In this document: positions 43,888 to 54,951 of the stretch, in pieces | How the letters are laid out: each line of letters starts with the position of its first letter | Numbering within the stretch: the first letter of the stretch is position 1 | Source of the DNA: an uncultured Gammaproteobacteria bacterium | Lineage (GTDB): Bacteria > Pseudomonadota > Gammaproteobacteria > JABCZS01 | Direction of reading: 5' to 3' | Length of the DNA: 64,000 nt | NCBI GenBank assembly: GCA_963848305.1 | Contig: CAWKDC010000001.1 | Span: 448,001 to 512,000, forward strand | Position numbers and translations under genes: made by a program | The notes under the pieces: model-generated | Seen by the model: the letters and a program-made list of their open reading frames with translations, nothing else | The model's database searches: none | What the model was told of the DNA's origin: nothing

Positions 43888-44945
43888 TAGGCACCTGCCG
43901 CTTCGGTTAAAATTTCAACCTTTGAACCATCACGTAAGCTTTGATGACCTCGAGCAACCACAGTTTCATTTGCTTTCAAGCCTTGCAGAATTTCAACCCG
44001 ACCCTTGAGACGTGAACCAATCATCACGGCACGGCTTTGCACTGCATCTTTGTCGATCACAAATACTTTGTAACCGGTAATCGTGGCGATGACAGCTTCT
44101 TCAGGCACACTCAACGCATTCGGATTTTCAGATAACACTTGAGACACTTCACCCGACAAACCTGGCGATAAAGATTCCATGGGGTTTTCAAAATGGGCTT
44201 CAACTGTAATTGTCCGTGTATCCACGTCGACCTGAGGACTGACAAAACTCACATATCCTTCGAACACCTGCTCAGGAAATGCGCTGGTATGAAAACGCAC
44301 GACTTTACCGAGTGACAACTGGTTCAAGTAACGCTCGGGCACCGCATATTGCACTTTCAGGCTGCTTTTGTCGACAATACGGACTAAATTCTGACCCGAC
44401 GTGATGTATTGACCTGGGCTCACAAAACGCAAATCCAACCTCCCCTTAAATGGCGCACGGATATTGGTTTTATCGAGCTCTGCTTGCGCATATGCGAGAT
44501 TCGCTTGAGCGACTTTTAAATTGGCATCTGCTTTATCGACTTCTTGTTGCGTGGTCGCGCCTTTCTTAATGAGTTGCGCCACACGGTCATAATCCAACTT
44601 GGCCAAGGCCACTTCTGCCATCCGCTGTGTTTGCATGGCTAGTTGGGTAGCATCATTCAACTTCACGAGCAATTGATCTTTCTCTACCATTGCGCCTTCT
44701 TGGAAGTCGACGTGAGATACAATCCCATTCAATTCAGATGCGACATTGGCCTCGTTCTCGGCAACCATCGAACCCAATGCATTCACCAACACAGGCATGG
44801 GAGAAACGGTGACTTTGGCTGCAGACACAACTGTTGTGGGGAATTCAAAACCGTGGGCAGCTTTCTTGCTAATGAACAAATATGTCACGAAAAGTATGAC
44901 AAGCATTGAAATTACCATTATAATCGTCTTTCGTTGTTTCATCAT
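43887..44945 (-). CDS. RND periplasmic adaptor (MFP)
   Basis: N-terminal TM, IRAPFKG, VPEEAV. Confidence 0.92.
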   Translation of the reverse strand: MMKQRKTIIMVISMLVILFVTYLFISKKAAHGFEFPTTVVSAAKVTVSPMPVLVNALGSMVAENEANVASELNGIVSHVDFQEGAMVEKDQLLVKLNDATQLAMQTQRMAEVALAKLDYDRVAQLIKKGATTQQEVDKADANLKVAQANLAYAQAELDKTNIRAPFKGRLDLRFVSPGQYITSGQNLVRIVDKSSLKVQYAVPERYLNQLSLGKVVRFHTSAFPEQVFEGYVSFVSPQVDVDTRTITVEAHFENPMESLSPGLSGEVSQVLSENPNALSVPEEAVIATITGYKVFVIDKDAVQSRAVMIGSRLKGRVEILQGLKANETVVARGHQSLRDGSKVEILTEAAGA

Positions 44946-45010
44946 ACCCTCGGGTGTGTTTGTAAGGATAAATTCCTAATGAATTGCATTCTACCAAAAA
45001 AGAGGTCAAC

Positions 45011-45841
45011 ATGCCTGGCTCACACATCATTTCTAGCATAGAATCTGCATTTGATCACATCAATGAGATTTCTGCAGACAAAGCCCCTACCAACTTGCTC
45101 AACACGTTGGATGATATTATCACAGCCTTGAACCACGGCGAGCTTCGCGTCGCACAAAAAATCAATGGCACATGGCAAACACAAGAGTGGATCAAAAAAG
45201 CCATTCTACTATATTTTCGCACGCACAACAGTGAACCCATGGAAGGCGATTTGACGCGCTACTTCGATAAAGTGCCCCTCAAATATACAAACGCCACCGA
45301 CACTGATCTCAAACAAAGCGGCGTACGGCTTGTGCCTGGCGCGGTTGTGCGCGCGGGCGCGTACATTGGCCCCAATACTGTAGTGATGCCCAGCTTTGTG
45401 AATATTGGCGCATATGTCGGTTCAGGTTGTATGATAGACACCTGGGCCACAGTTGGCTCCTGCGTGCAAGTCGGTAACAACGTGCATATTTCCGGCGGTA
45501 CAGGGCTCGGTGGGGTATTAGAACCCATACAATCCCACCCCACCATCATTGAAGACGATGTCTTTATTGGCGCCCGCAGTGAGGTGGTGGAAGGCGTTCG
45601 CATTGGCGCGGGATCCGTACTCAGCATGGGCGTGTTTATCGGCGCCAGCACCAAGATCTATGACCGGACGACCGACGAGATTTTATACGGCTACGTTCCC
45701 GAAGGCAGCGTGGTTGTTCCCGGCAATCTCCCCTCGTCCGATGGCAAGTGCTCTTTGTATTGCGCTGTGATCGTCAAGAAAGTCGATCTGCAAACCCGAA
45801 AAAAAGTAGGTTTGAATGCCCTGCTGCGAGATGAATTGTAA
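45011..45841 (+). CDS. dapD: tetrahydrodipicolinate N-succinyltransferase
   Basis: [34 protein letters not shown]. Confidence 0.97.
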   Translation: MPGSHIISSIESAFDHINEISADKAPTNLLNTLDDIITALNHGELRVAQKINGTWQTQEWIKKAILLYFRTHNSEPMEGDLTRYFDKVPLKYTNATDTDLKQSGVRLVPGAVVRAGAYIGPNTVVMPSFVNIGAYVGSGCMIDTWATVGSCVQVGNNVHISGGTGLGGVLEPIQSHPTIIEDDVFIGARSEVVEGVRIGAGSVLSMGVFIGASTKIYDRTTDEILYGYVPEGSVVVPGNLPSSDGKCSLYCAVIVKKVDLQTRKKVGLNALLRDEL

Positions 45842-45993
45842 CAAAATGTCAATGAAACTCTTGTTCTCATTTAAAAACAATAGGTTATAAAATATTTGAT
45901 GCACTCTCGGTTCCTTGACGATCGCCCATGCATTTGGTTTACTGTACCATGTGTGGCTTCCCTCCCGTGTATTGGTAATTAAGGTTTGTTTAA

Positions 45994-46893
45994 ATGATAT
46001 GTTCTAATAACCCTGCAATATTAAAACAAACAATTGTCAATACGTTTATAGAAGGTACCAATTTCGATGGGTTTCAACAAGCAATAACAGAATTCATTAA
46101 AATAACTGATACCTATAAAATCGATCTCAAAAATTTAACTTACAACAATGAATCATTGATTGCATACGCATTAAATCAAAATAAATTAACAACTGTGCAA
46201 ACAGCCATATACAAGCTTTATTTTTTTTGTTTGGGCGATCAAATCATTGAAACAGAGAAAGAGAAGGATTATTTACTCGCCGCCAGTCAAAAAGAAAATA
46301 CCGACCTGATTCAGGTGATATTCTATGCCTATGATGAACTCGCCAAAAGTGTTTTATATAAAGATAACGGATTACCTATTAAAGAACGGATATCCGCAGC
46401 AAAAAAACATAACAAAACATTATTGCAATATTTCAAATCACCGCAAGGAAACACGCTCATCCAGAAACCTGTTTTAATTGTTCCTATCACTGTGATAAAG
46501 CCCCCAGAACCATTTGTAATGCCTAGCCCACTCAACGACTCAAGTGATTTTTCCTCGAATTTAAAAACTGAAGAAGATAAAGAGGAAGACCTTAAACTCG
46601 ATCCCCTCCATTTCGAACAAGACACCCGCATCGGCATGGGCATTGGATGCATCTTTGCATTAACCATCATCACGCTCGCTTACACCCTCTCTGACGATAC
46701 CCTCCGAGACGGATTTTATAACATGTTTCAACACATGCATGATGACTTTCACCACACCCACGGCGACCCCACTGGGCACATCAACGTCAAATTGGGCGCA
46801 CGTGTAGGCTTCTTCTGTGTGCTGACTGCAGGTGCCGCTGCAGTCGGCGGTTTGCTATGCGGGCCGGTGCGGCGAAAATTGGGAGGCTGGTAG
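45994..46893 (+). CDS. hypothetical protein with C-terminal TM pair, effector-like
   Basis: AT-rich N-half, two TM helices separated by a His/Asp-rich loop. Confidence 0.6.
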   Translation: MICSNNPAILKQTIVNTFIEGTNFDGFQQAITEFIKITDTYKIDLKNLTYNNESLIAYALNQNKLTTVQTAIYKLYFFCLGDQIIETEKEKDYLLAASQKENTDLIQVIFYAYDELAKSVLYKDNGLPIKERISAAKKHNKTLLQYFKSPQGNTLIQKPVLIVPITVIKPPEPFVMPSPLNDSSDFSSNLKTEEDKEEDLKLDPLHFEQDTRIGMGIGCIFALTIITLAYTLSDDTLRDGFYNMFQHMHDDFHHTHGDPTGHINVKLGARVGFFCVLTAGAAAVGGLLCGPVRRKLGGW

Positions 46894-47001
46894 AGCCGCT
46901 CATGTAGCGCCCGAAGGGAGCAAATGGGGGGCTCTGCTTCTGACTCCTCTGACGAGGCTGGGGGAAATCGCATGCTGTGCCCCCCATTCCGCCGCCGCAG
47001 T
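46892..47001. repeat. palindromic element X copy 1
   Basis: GGGGCTCTGC.TCTGAC.CCTCTGACGAGGCTGGGGGAAATCGCAT...CCATTCCGCCGCCGCAGT, repeated at 47392-47469. Confidence 0.85.
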
Positions 47002-47003
47002 GT

Positions 47004-47373
47004 GATAACGCTTTTCTTTCGCGCCTTCAGCGCTCGATCTTTTCTTTTATACATTTCCCAGGGTTACGGTGCGCTACGCGCACCTAACCCTGGGCTATAA
47101 ACTTTAAGGCCTGCGGCCTTTGTGGATTAACGATCAATCATGAACGAGCCACGGTAAGCATGGGCAAGAGCAACAAATTTGATTTTAACGCCCCCTAGAA
47201 AAAGGGGGCAGCGCGGGGGATTGTTAATCAGCCCATTTGACGATGGCACAGATTTATTCTTCCGGATCGTCCAAATAATGCTCATGTTCTAACCAAAGCA
47301 CATTGATGATACCGCAGGCGACAGCGAGGCTGACGCCGAGAATCCAGGTGAAATACCACATAATCGTTGCTCC
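47004..47373. repeat. 370 bp direct repeat Y copy 1 (contains cydX and palindromes)
   Basis: Near-identical to 49052-49421, about 5 substitutions. Confidence 0.96.
47254..47361 (-). CDS. cydX: cytochrome bd subunit CydX, duplicate copy
   Basis: MWYFTWILGVSLAVACGIINVLWLE. Confidence 0.88.
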   Translation of the reverse strand: MWYFTWILGVSLAVACGIINVLWLEHEHYLDDPEE

Positions 47374-47469
47374 CTTCGGGAGCTTCATGAGGGGGCTCTG
47401 CATCTGACGCCTCTGACGAGGCTGGGGGAAATCGCATACCGTGCCCCCCCCCCATTCCGCCGCCGCAGT
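47367..47469. repeat. palindromic element X copy 2
   Basis: Matches copy 1, with the inner CTCATG.AGC.CCCGAAGGGAGC unit inverted. Confidence 0.85.
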
Positions 47470-47545
47470 CACGGTTGCTCAAAATTATGTTGCACAACTC
47501 ATTCTTTGGTGGTATGCTGTTCATACTACTCTAGGAGGCTCAGAC

Positions 47546-49056
47546 ATGGTAAACAAAGAAGCGATCAAACAGGCACTTCTGGCGGTAGATCCAGATAAAG
47601 TCGAGCTCAAAGCGCTTCTAAATCACCACGCCGAAGGGTCGGCTGAGCGACAGGCCGCCTACGATTGCGCAACTGATTTGTGCTACGAAACTGTCATGGA
47701 GCTGTATGAGAAGTACGAGAGTTTAAAAAAAGACGAAACGACGAGGAAAGAGAATCCTGACGCTATAATTAATAAATTAAGGATCAGCAAAAATAACATA
47801 AGTGTTATATTAGAAGGTCACCACAATAAAGCCGACGCTACCGATAAGATGGTCAAGATAGCGATCGAAAAATGGAATGAGGCAGCCAACTTCTCTAACT
47901 TTGTCGCTATGCTTTTTTTATTCCTTAAGAGGGATGAAAGAATCAGGCTTTTTAAGGCTATGACAGAAAAAGCCATCACATTTGTATCGCGACCATATTT
48001 TTTTCCAGCTTTTGTCGTTCAGGCTAGAACCCACTCGTTATTCCTTGACATGGATACTCTAATCATCCGTGCCAGAATTCATAGAGGACTCAGAGAAAAG
48101 TATGCTACAGATCAAATTGTTCTGGCTCCTGACGATGATGTTGACGACCCCATCATTAGATCACGCGAGCGAGAAAACAGTTTTTCAGATGACACACAAG
48201 CTCTTTTGGAATTACTTTTAAACAAAACAGGTATTTTTACAAATGATGAACTCACAGAGTCTCAAACAATAGGCAAGGAATGGCGATTACTTCGTGGCAT
48301 TGTCGCACATGGACAATTGAACTTGCTCAAAGTATTTTTGCAAGCGTATCCCCAAGCCATCAAAGAATCCCTTGCCTACAAAAATTTTGAGGCGATCAGC
48401 ACAGCGGCTGGACATGGGCACACAGATATTGCGTCGTATATACTTGCAAAGTACGCATGCGCTGACAGTAGAAAGGAAGCGATTTGTGCAGCACTACGTG
48501 CCGCCGCTTTTGCTGGCCAGCGTGACACCGTAGGACGCATTGTGCGAACCGATATATCTGCGTCACAAGCAGCTTTGGGAAATTATTCTAAAGAAAAAAA
48601 AGAGATCAGCATAGTTTGCTCATGGAAGTCATATTTTGTCGAATGATGACAAATCATCATGAACCAGAAAGCATTATTAGAATGGCTTATCCCACTGCTG
48701 ATGTAGAGCTACCAAAAAACTTGGATGAAATAGAAAATTTCGTATGGATAAAATACAGGCCTATATATAAAACCCCTGCTGCCGCAGGAGTGCTTGCCTT
48801 GCTGGTGGGAGCCGCTGTTGGCCTAGGATTGGGATATGGCGAAGTGAACATGCTCGAACCTTTTGACAATATTCACGACAGTCACAAAAATGAAAAACTG
48901 GCCATTGCAGGTGTTGCGTTTGTTGCGGCTGCACTCACGGCCCTTTTGGGTGCTTGGTATGTGAACCATGAAACGAAAAAGGCGCTGACGTTTAGAGATA
49001 CGCTGGGTAGTAGCAGTGCTAAACCAAAGGATGTTACCAACTCTGCGTTGCGATAA
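47546..49056 (+). CDS. ankyrin-like protein with C-terminal TM pair (probable frameshift in A-run near 48595)
   Basis: AISTAAGHGHTDIASYIL, ALRAAAFAGQ; overlapping downstream ORF supplies two TMs; AGGAGG RBS. Confidence 0.65.
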
Positions 49057-49421
49057 CGCTTTTCTTTCGCGCCTTCAGCGCTCGATATTTTCTTTTATAC
49101 ATTTCCCAGGGTTACGGTGCGCTACGCGCACCTAACCCTGGGCTATAAACTTTAAGGCCTGCGGCCTTTGTGGATTAACGATCAATCATGAACGAGCCAC
49201 GGTAAGCATGGGCAACAGCAACAAATTTGATTTTAACGCCCCCTAGAAAAAGGGGGCAGCGCGTGGGATTTTTAATCAGCCCATTTGACGATGGCACAGA
49301 TTTATTCTTCCGGATCGTCCAAATAATGCTCATGCTCTAACCAAAGCACATTGATGATACCGCAGGCGACAGCGAGGCTGACGCCGAGAATCCAGGTGAA
49401 ATACCACATAATCGTTGCTCC
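49052..49421. repeat. 370 bp direct repeat Y copy 2
   Basis: Matches 47004-47373. Confidence 0.96.
49302..49409 (-). CDS. cydX: cytochrome bd subunit CydX (operonic copy)
   Basis: Same 35-aa peptide, AAGGAG RBS, directly after cydB. Confidence 0.93.
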   Translation of the reverse strand: MWYFTWILGVSLAVACGIINVLWLEHEHYLDDPEE

Positions 49422-49474
49422 TTTCTGTCATTTGTGACAACCCCCACCACAGAGGGGGGGCGTCGCACGCCACC

Positions 49475-50627
49475 TTAATATAAGGATTTATCTTCTTCCC
49501 GTATCTTCTCCGCCGTCACCTTGCCGGACAATTTACGGTACACCCAAGTGACATACACCATCACAACGGGTAAGACTAACACATTCACCACTACAATCGT
49601 TGCCAATGAGGTGTGGCCCGCTGTTGCATCCCAAATCGTTAAACTGTGTTCGGGCATAGACGAGGAAGGAAAAATGAACGGAAACATGCTGGCTCCCGCT
49701 GTCATGATCGTGCCTACCACCGCAATACCGCTGGACAGAAATGCCAGCACATTCAAACGGAACCGCGAAAAAACAATCCCGATCAACGCAGCCACTATCG
49801 CCGCTATTGGAAAATAGCGAATGAAAGGATAAACCTCATAATTTCGCATCCATGCACCGACGGCCATGGTCACGCTCTTGCCCAATGGAATGATATTGTC
49901 ATGCTCAGAACCAGACAGCTTCAACAGCTGGTAACCCGAAATTTTATACGCAATGCAATAACCTGCAAGCAAGAACAGTGCGACGTATAATAAAGATGTG
50001 ATATTCGCAATCAACCGAGCGCGATTTGCGACTGGCCCTTTCAGTGCGCATCACCAAATAATGTGCGCCATGCATGATCAACATCATGAGTGATATCAAT
50101 CCACACAAGACAGCAAAGGGATGAAATTGTTGCAACACGCTCCCTGTGTGGAAGCTTTGCATAAAGGGATTGAAATGAAACGGCACGCCCAATAACAAAT
50201 TACCAAACGCGGCTCCAAACACAATCGGGGGGACTAAGCTAGCCAGAAATAACGCCCAATCCCAGCTGGCGCGCCACTTTAACCCAGGCATTTTAGAGCG
50301 ATAATCAAAGCAAACAGGACGCAAAAAAAGTGTCCACAACAATAAAAACAAGACCCAATAGAAGACAGAAAATGACGTCGCATACGCGAGTGGCCACGCC
50401 GCAAACAATGTCGTGCCAGCTGCGATAAACCAGACTTGCTGGCCTTCCCAAATCGGCCCAATCGTATTCAATACAATCCGGCGTTCGCCATCGGTGCGGG
50501 CGACAAATGGATATATCGCACCTATCCCTAAATCAAAACCATCCGTCAAGGCAAACACGATCAAGAATAACCCGACCAAACCCCACATGATCAGCTTCAA
50601 CATCATGAAATCAAACAATGCGTCCAT
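49475..50627 (-). CDS. cydB: cytochrome bd subunit II (frameshift near 50035)
   Basis: TDGFDLG, IGPIWEGQQVW, FPFIFPSS, SLTIWDA. Confidence 0.94.
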
Positions 50628-50637
50628 GGAGCCCCCT

Positions 50638-52212
50638 TTAATTTGAACGTGATGAAAACATAGCCATTTTTTCATGATAATAACGACCCGTGCCCAAACT
50701 GCTGGGGCCGAGCTTGATGTATTTCATCATCAAGAACACTTCGATCACGATCAACACGCCATATAATAAAACAAAACCTGACAAGCTTAACCAAACATCA
50801 CGCGCAGTGACACTCGAGACCGACATGAATGTCGGCAACACGCCACCAATCGTCCAGGGTTGTCGTCCCATTTCAGCAACAATCCAACCCAATTCAGCCG
50901 CAATCCAGGGAAGCGGAATACATAACACCGCAAACCACAAGAAAGGTCGATTGTGCCAAACGGTTTTCTTCATGCCGCCATACACCGCCATAAGATAGAG
51001 CAATAAGAGCAGGAAGCCACAGGCAACCATGACGCGGAAACTCCAAAATGTCACGAACACATTGGGAATGCTGTCTTTTGCAGCATTTTGAATGTCGGCC
51101 TCAGACGCATCAACCACATTGTCTGTGTAACGTTTGAGCAATAAACCATAACCCAACTCGTCCTTCACGGCATCGAACGAATCGATTAAATCTTGACTGG
51201 GATGAGGTTGGGTGCGTAATTGATTCAAGATCCCATAAGCCGTCATCCCATCACGAATCTTATCTTCATGTTCTGCGATCAACTCTTTTAACCCTTTCAC
51301 CTCTTGTGTGAAGGAACGTGTGGCAATCAAGCCCATCATCCAAGGAATTTTTACTTCATAGTCAGTGCGCATCTCTGCTTGATTGGGAATGCCAAACAGG
51401 GTAAAGCCTGCAGGCGGTTTTTGCGTGTCCCATTCCGCCTCAATCGCTGCCAATTTGACCTGCTGCACGTCGCCGATTTCATAACCGCTTTCGTCGCCGA
51501 GCACGATGACGGATAACACAGATGCCAGACCAAAGCCCGCAGCCACCGCAAAAGAACGCTTGGCGAAGGCCATGTCGCGCCCTTTCAATAGATAATAACT
51601 GCTGATACCGAGCACGAAGGTCGATGCAGCCACGTAACCAGCAGATAAAGTGTGTACAAATTTGACCTGCGCAACTGGGTTGAAAAATACTTCCGCAAAA
51701 TCGACCAATTCCATGCGCATGGTTTCGTAATTAAATTCCGCACCAATGGGATACTGCATCCATGCATTCGCGATTAATATGAAGAGCGCAGATAAATTAG
51801 AGCCGAGCGCCAATAAAAATGTGGCTGCCAAATGCTGAGGTTTGCTGAGTTTATTCCAACCAAAGAAGAATAACCCTAAAAAGGTGGATTCAAGCATGAA
51901 AGCCACGGTGCCTTCAATCGCCAAGGGAATACCGAAAATATCGCCGACATAATATGAATAGTACGCCCAATTTTGTCCAAACTGAAACTCCATCGTGAGC
52001 CCCGTCACCACGCCCATCGCAAAGTTAATCGCAAAGAGTTTGCCCCAAAATTGCGTCATGTCTTTGTAAATTTGTTTACCGGTCATGACGTAAACCGATT
52101 CCATGATCACCAGGATCCAGGACAATCCCAATGTGAGGGGCACGAACAGGAAATGAACAATCGCAGTGAATGCGAACTGAATGCGCGAAAGCTCTACCAC
52201 CGAATCAATCAT
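50638..52212 (-). CDS. cydA: cytochrome bd subunit I
   Basis: HFLFVPLTLG, EFQFGQNW, KLAAIE, EMGRQPW. Confidence 0.97.
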   Translation of the reverse strand: MIDSVVELSRIQFAFTAIVHFLFVPLTLGLSWILVIMESVYVMTGKQIYKDMTQFWGKLFAINFAMGVVTGLTMEFQFGQNWAYYSYYVGDIFGIPLAIEGTVAFMLESTFLGLFFFGWNKLSKPQHLAATFLLALGSNLSALFILIANAWMQYPIGAEFNYETMRMELVDFAEVFFNPVAQVKFVHTLSAGYVAASTFVLGISSYYLLKGRDMAFAKRSFAVAAGFGLASVLSVIVLGDESGYEIGDVQQVKLAAIEAEWDTQKPPAGFTLFGIPNQAEMRTDYEVKIPWMMGLIATRSFTQEVKGLKELIAEHEDKIRDGMTAYGILNQLRTQPHPSQDLIDSFDAVKDELGYGLLLKRYTDNVVDASEADIQNAAKDSIPNVFVTFWSFRVMVACGFLLLLLYLMAVYGGMKKTVWHNRPFLWFAVLCIPLPWIAAELGWIVAEMGRQPWTIGGVLPTFMSVSSVTARDVWLSLSGFVLLYGVLIVIEVFLMMKYIKLGPSSLGTGRYYHEKMAMFSSRSN

Positions 52213-52405
52213 ACCTTTCTCCTTCAGATGTTATCAAATGTGCAGCAACGGCGATCCCATTCAGAGAAGGCCCAATCGGATTAGAAAAGAAAAAATGGTG
52301 AATCAACATGAGGCCAGCGAGTTTGATGGCGATGAGCAACCAGAGCTCCCACATGAGTGGTAGGCGCGTGGTGAAGAAAAAATCATGAACCCATTGTCGA
52401 AACAT
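52205..52405 (-). CDS. cydP: CydP-like small membrane protein
   Basis: L.WELWLLIAIKLAGL.LI..FFFSNP single TM immediately upstream of cydA. Confidence 0.7.
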   Translation of the reverse strand: MFRQWVHDFFFTTRLPLMWELWLLIAIKLAGLMLIHHFFFSNPIGPSLNGIAVAAHLITSEGERYD

Positions 52406-52594
52406 GGTGCGTCTCCCCTTGCTGCGGCAAGTGTAGCACATAATATCGCTTTATTGTTCCAAAGAAAATGGATAAGAATTTAACAGATAACGCGGCCATG
52501 AAACTGAAAAATAGGCTGACATTTCGTGCGTTTTTATCTGAGATCCGGTATCGATCTAAAATCTTATGTCCGCTGATATTAAATTCTCACTGGG

Positions 52595-52663
52595 TCCCGC
52601 ATAACAATCTGTGATGCCTCACCTTATTTTAATCTCCCCGAGACAGATTGTTTGCGGGATGAC
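52595..52663. repeat. long palindrome (RPE/REP-like)
   Basis: TCCCGCATAACAATCTGT...ACAGATTGTTTGCGGGA-TGAC. Confidence 0.6.
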
Positions 52664-52694
52664 GAAGGATGTGGGGGAACGGATGCAACTTCTC

Positions 52695-53360
52695 CTACAC
52701 GACATTATCCCGAATATATGTTGGCAACGCGTGCTCGGCACTCACGACTTTCCCCTGCAAAAAATCTAACGCAGCTAATGTGACAATCGCAGCGGCTTGC
52801 GGCATGATATCTGGATAGACAGCTTTTAATGCCGGTTTTGCTTGAAAAGATGCAGCATATTCTTGAAAACCATTCCCTGCCCCGATCCACGCAGGGGGAT
52901 CGACTGGGTAAGGCGCAAGATTCGGGGCAACCACACTCTCCTCCCCCTGCAACAGCATCCCCGCTGCTTCATCCCACTGATAGAGTCCCCAATATATTTC
53001 AGACTTGCGTGCATCCAGAGCAACCGCCACGTTTTTCTCATGCGTTTGGTCGAATGCTGCATACGCCATCGCCCGCAAACTGGAAATCGGCAACACGGGC
53101 TTTTGAGCACCGAACGCTAGCCCTTGAACCATCGCGGCGGCGATCCGTATCCCCGTGAAACTGCCCGGCCCTGCCCCAAAAGCAATCGCATCCAGTTCAT
53201 TCAAGGTGATCTGAGCCTCATGCAACAAGGAGTCGACAAAAGCCAGCAACATTTGGGTATGCTCACGTGGCGCGTGCAGTGAGCGTGATAAAACCTGCCC
53301 CTTGACGCTTAAAGCGGCAGAGCATTGTTCAGATGTGGCATCGAGTGCGAGTAAAATCAT
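52695..53360 (-). CDS. tsaB: t6A biosynthesis protein TsaB
   Basis: GPGSFTGIRI, ALDARKSEIY. Confidence 0.95.
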   Translation of the reverse strand: MILLALDATSEQCSAALSVKGQVLSRSLHAPREHTQMLLAFVDSLLHEAQITLNELDAIAFGAGPGSFTGIRIAAAMVQGLAFGAQKPVLPISSLRAMAYAAFDQTHEKNVAVALDARKSEIYWGLYQWDEAAGMLLQGEESVVAPNLAPYPVDPPAWIGAGNGFQEYAASFQAKPALKAVYPDIMPQAAAIVTLAALDFLQGKVVSAEHALPTYIRDNVV

Positions 53361-53449
53361 AGACCTGAACTCTACGCCTTTTTCTGATGATGAGCAAGAG
53401 CATGTTGTTTTGATGGATATTCTTCATCGCATGTCTCTCGCACTTTCAG

Positions 53450-53534
53450 CATTTCCTAAGGTTCCGATGCGCAGTTTACCCCCGCAGCAGGGGCGCATCT
53501 AACCCTAGGCTATATGCTTTAAGGCCTTGCGGCT
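53450..53534. repeat. diverged copy of the CCCAGGGTT...AACCCTGGGCTA palindrome
   Basis: Aligns with 47053-47118 and its counterpart in repeat Y copy 2. Confidence 0.7.
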
Positions 53535-53619
53535 TCTTATCATGATTATTCATGCCACCCTTAGACAATGTTGGTGAACTATGTTAAACTGGCATGAGTG
53601 AGATTTGGAGCATACCACG

Positions 53620-54360
53620 ATGAACCATGACAGCATTCATAAAGAACTCAGCAATGAATTCGACCAGTTTCAAACCCTGCTTTTGTGCCAGAAATTGTTC
53701 GTGAATAAAAACGGGGCACATATACTCCCTAAAAATGTCATGCAATTGATTTGTTTATATTTTCTCGCTCCTTTTCAAGCACTCAATCAATATACTCCCT
53801 TAGTTGATCTTGAAGAGAATTTACGTTTATACCTGCGTATGAAACGTGAAGGAGTTACCGTATCTGATCAACACCTTGAAGAAATTGAAACTGCTCAAGC
53901 TAGCATACTGCCCGCTATTGAAACCCTTGAAAAGGTTTTGCATGGCCAGTTACGCACAAACTTGAAAAAGCACTTCTATGATATCTATCATGCATTTGAT
54001 CGTGGATTCAGGTTACAGTACAATTACTCTCTCCTATTTTTGTCGCACAAAGGGCAAATTCCTAATCCCTACGCCAGTCTTTTTATAGAAATGGGCGCAG
54101 CGTCGTACCATGATGTGGATAATGATGGTAAAACATACCTGCACCGCTTAATTGGCAACAATAATATATTTACATGCCGTAAAAATGTTAAACGTGCAGT
54201 AGAAACCATTGGCATTGATCCCACCCTAAAAGACAAGGATGGGAAAACAGCCCGTGATTATGAATCAGAAAAAGATGCAGGAAGAAAAAAAGTGATTGAT
54301 TATTTAAAACAAGCTGAAGAAGAAGAGCCTATACGTTGTATTCGATCTTTATTCAATTAA
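53620..54360 (+). CDS. hypothetical protein with ankyrin-like C-terminus
   Basis: DNDGKTYLH and DKDGKTARDY motifs; LPKNVMQLICLYF is F-box-like. Confidence 0.55.
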   Translation: MNHDSIHKELSNEFDQFQTLLLCQKLFVNKNGAHILPKNVMQLICLYFLAPFQALNQYTPLVDLEENLRLYLRMKREGVTVSDQHLEEIETAQASILPAIETLEKVLHGQLRTNLKKHFYDIYHAFDRGFRLQYNYSLLFLSHKGQIPNPYASLFIEMGAASYHDVDNDGKTYLHRLIGNNNIFTCRKNVKRAVETIGIDPTLKDKDGKTARDYESEKDAGRKKVIDYLKQAEEEEPIRCIRSLFN

Positions 54361-54389
54361 AGTATATCCCTTAAATTTGGATCTACACA

Positions 54390-54795
54390 ATGATCACTGC
54401 AACACAGGAAACATTTTCTCAAACCATTCAAAGAATAAAAGATGAAAATGATACCCTAACAGGGCCGGCGCTATTTGAAGCTTTTGCAGCCTGGTTGCGG
54501 ATTTACGTGAACCCATGGGTGATAAAGGCAAATGCAGAACATCCTGATACACCAGATATCAGCTATCGCAAAATTAAACAGGCAGCGGACGTTACTCGAT
54601 GAAATACCCAATGGTTGGGGGGAATATAACATTATCTGGATATGTGCAGTCCTCAATGCTGCCGCCTGTACGGTTCTGTGTGTCCGTGAAGAACTTATCT
54701 CTACGAGAAGGAGTGCTGTCGCTCGCCCCGTCCTGACGCAGCGAAACGAGGAGAATCTTGGTGATCAAGAAATGCAGATTATGCTGCTGCGATAA
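54390..54795 (+). CDS. hypothetical protein, probably one gene split near 54590
   Basis: Two overlapping same-strand ORFs (54390-54602, 54532-54795). Confidence 0.35.
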
Positions 54796-54859
54796 GCAAG
54801 CAATTATTTGTGAGATTAATGCGGCCTTACAAATAACGTCAATGATGATGCCAAAATAG

Positions 54860-54890
54860 AAAACCCCGTACACGAATGTACAGGGTTTCC
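54860..54890. terminator. probable bidirectional terminator
   Basis: GAAAACCCCGTACA-CGAA-TGTACAGGGTTTCC between convergent genes. Confidence 0.6.
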
Positions 54891-54951
54891 AAGTTCCCTA
54901 AACCTCTGCCCCTATAGATGCTCAGGGCGGGTGGTTAAGCGCTCCGACGGA

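Noticed and set aside
46892-49421. CRISPR array or IS element
   Set aside because: Repeats are long, two-copy and irregular, with no spacers, cas genes or transposase
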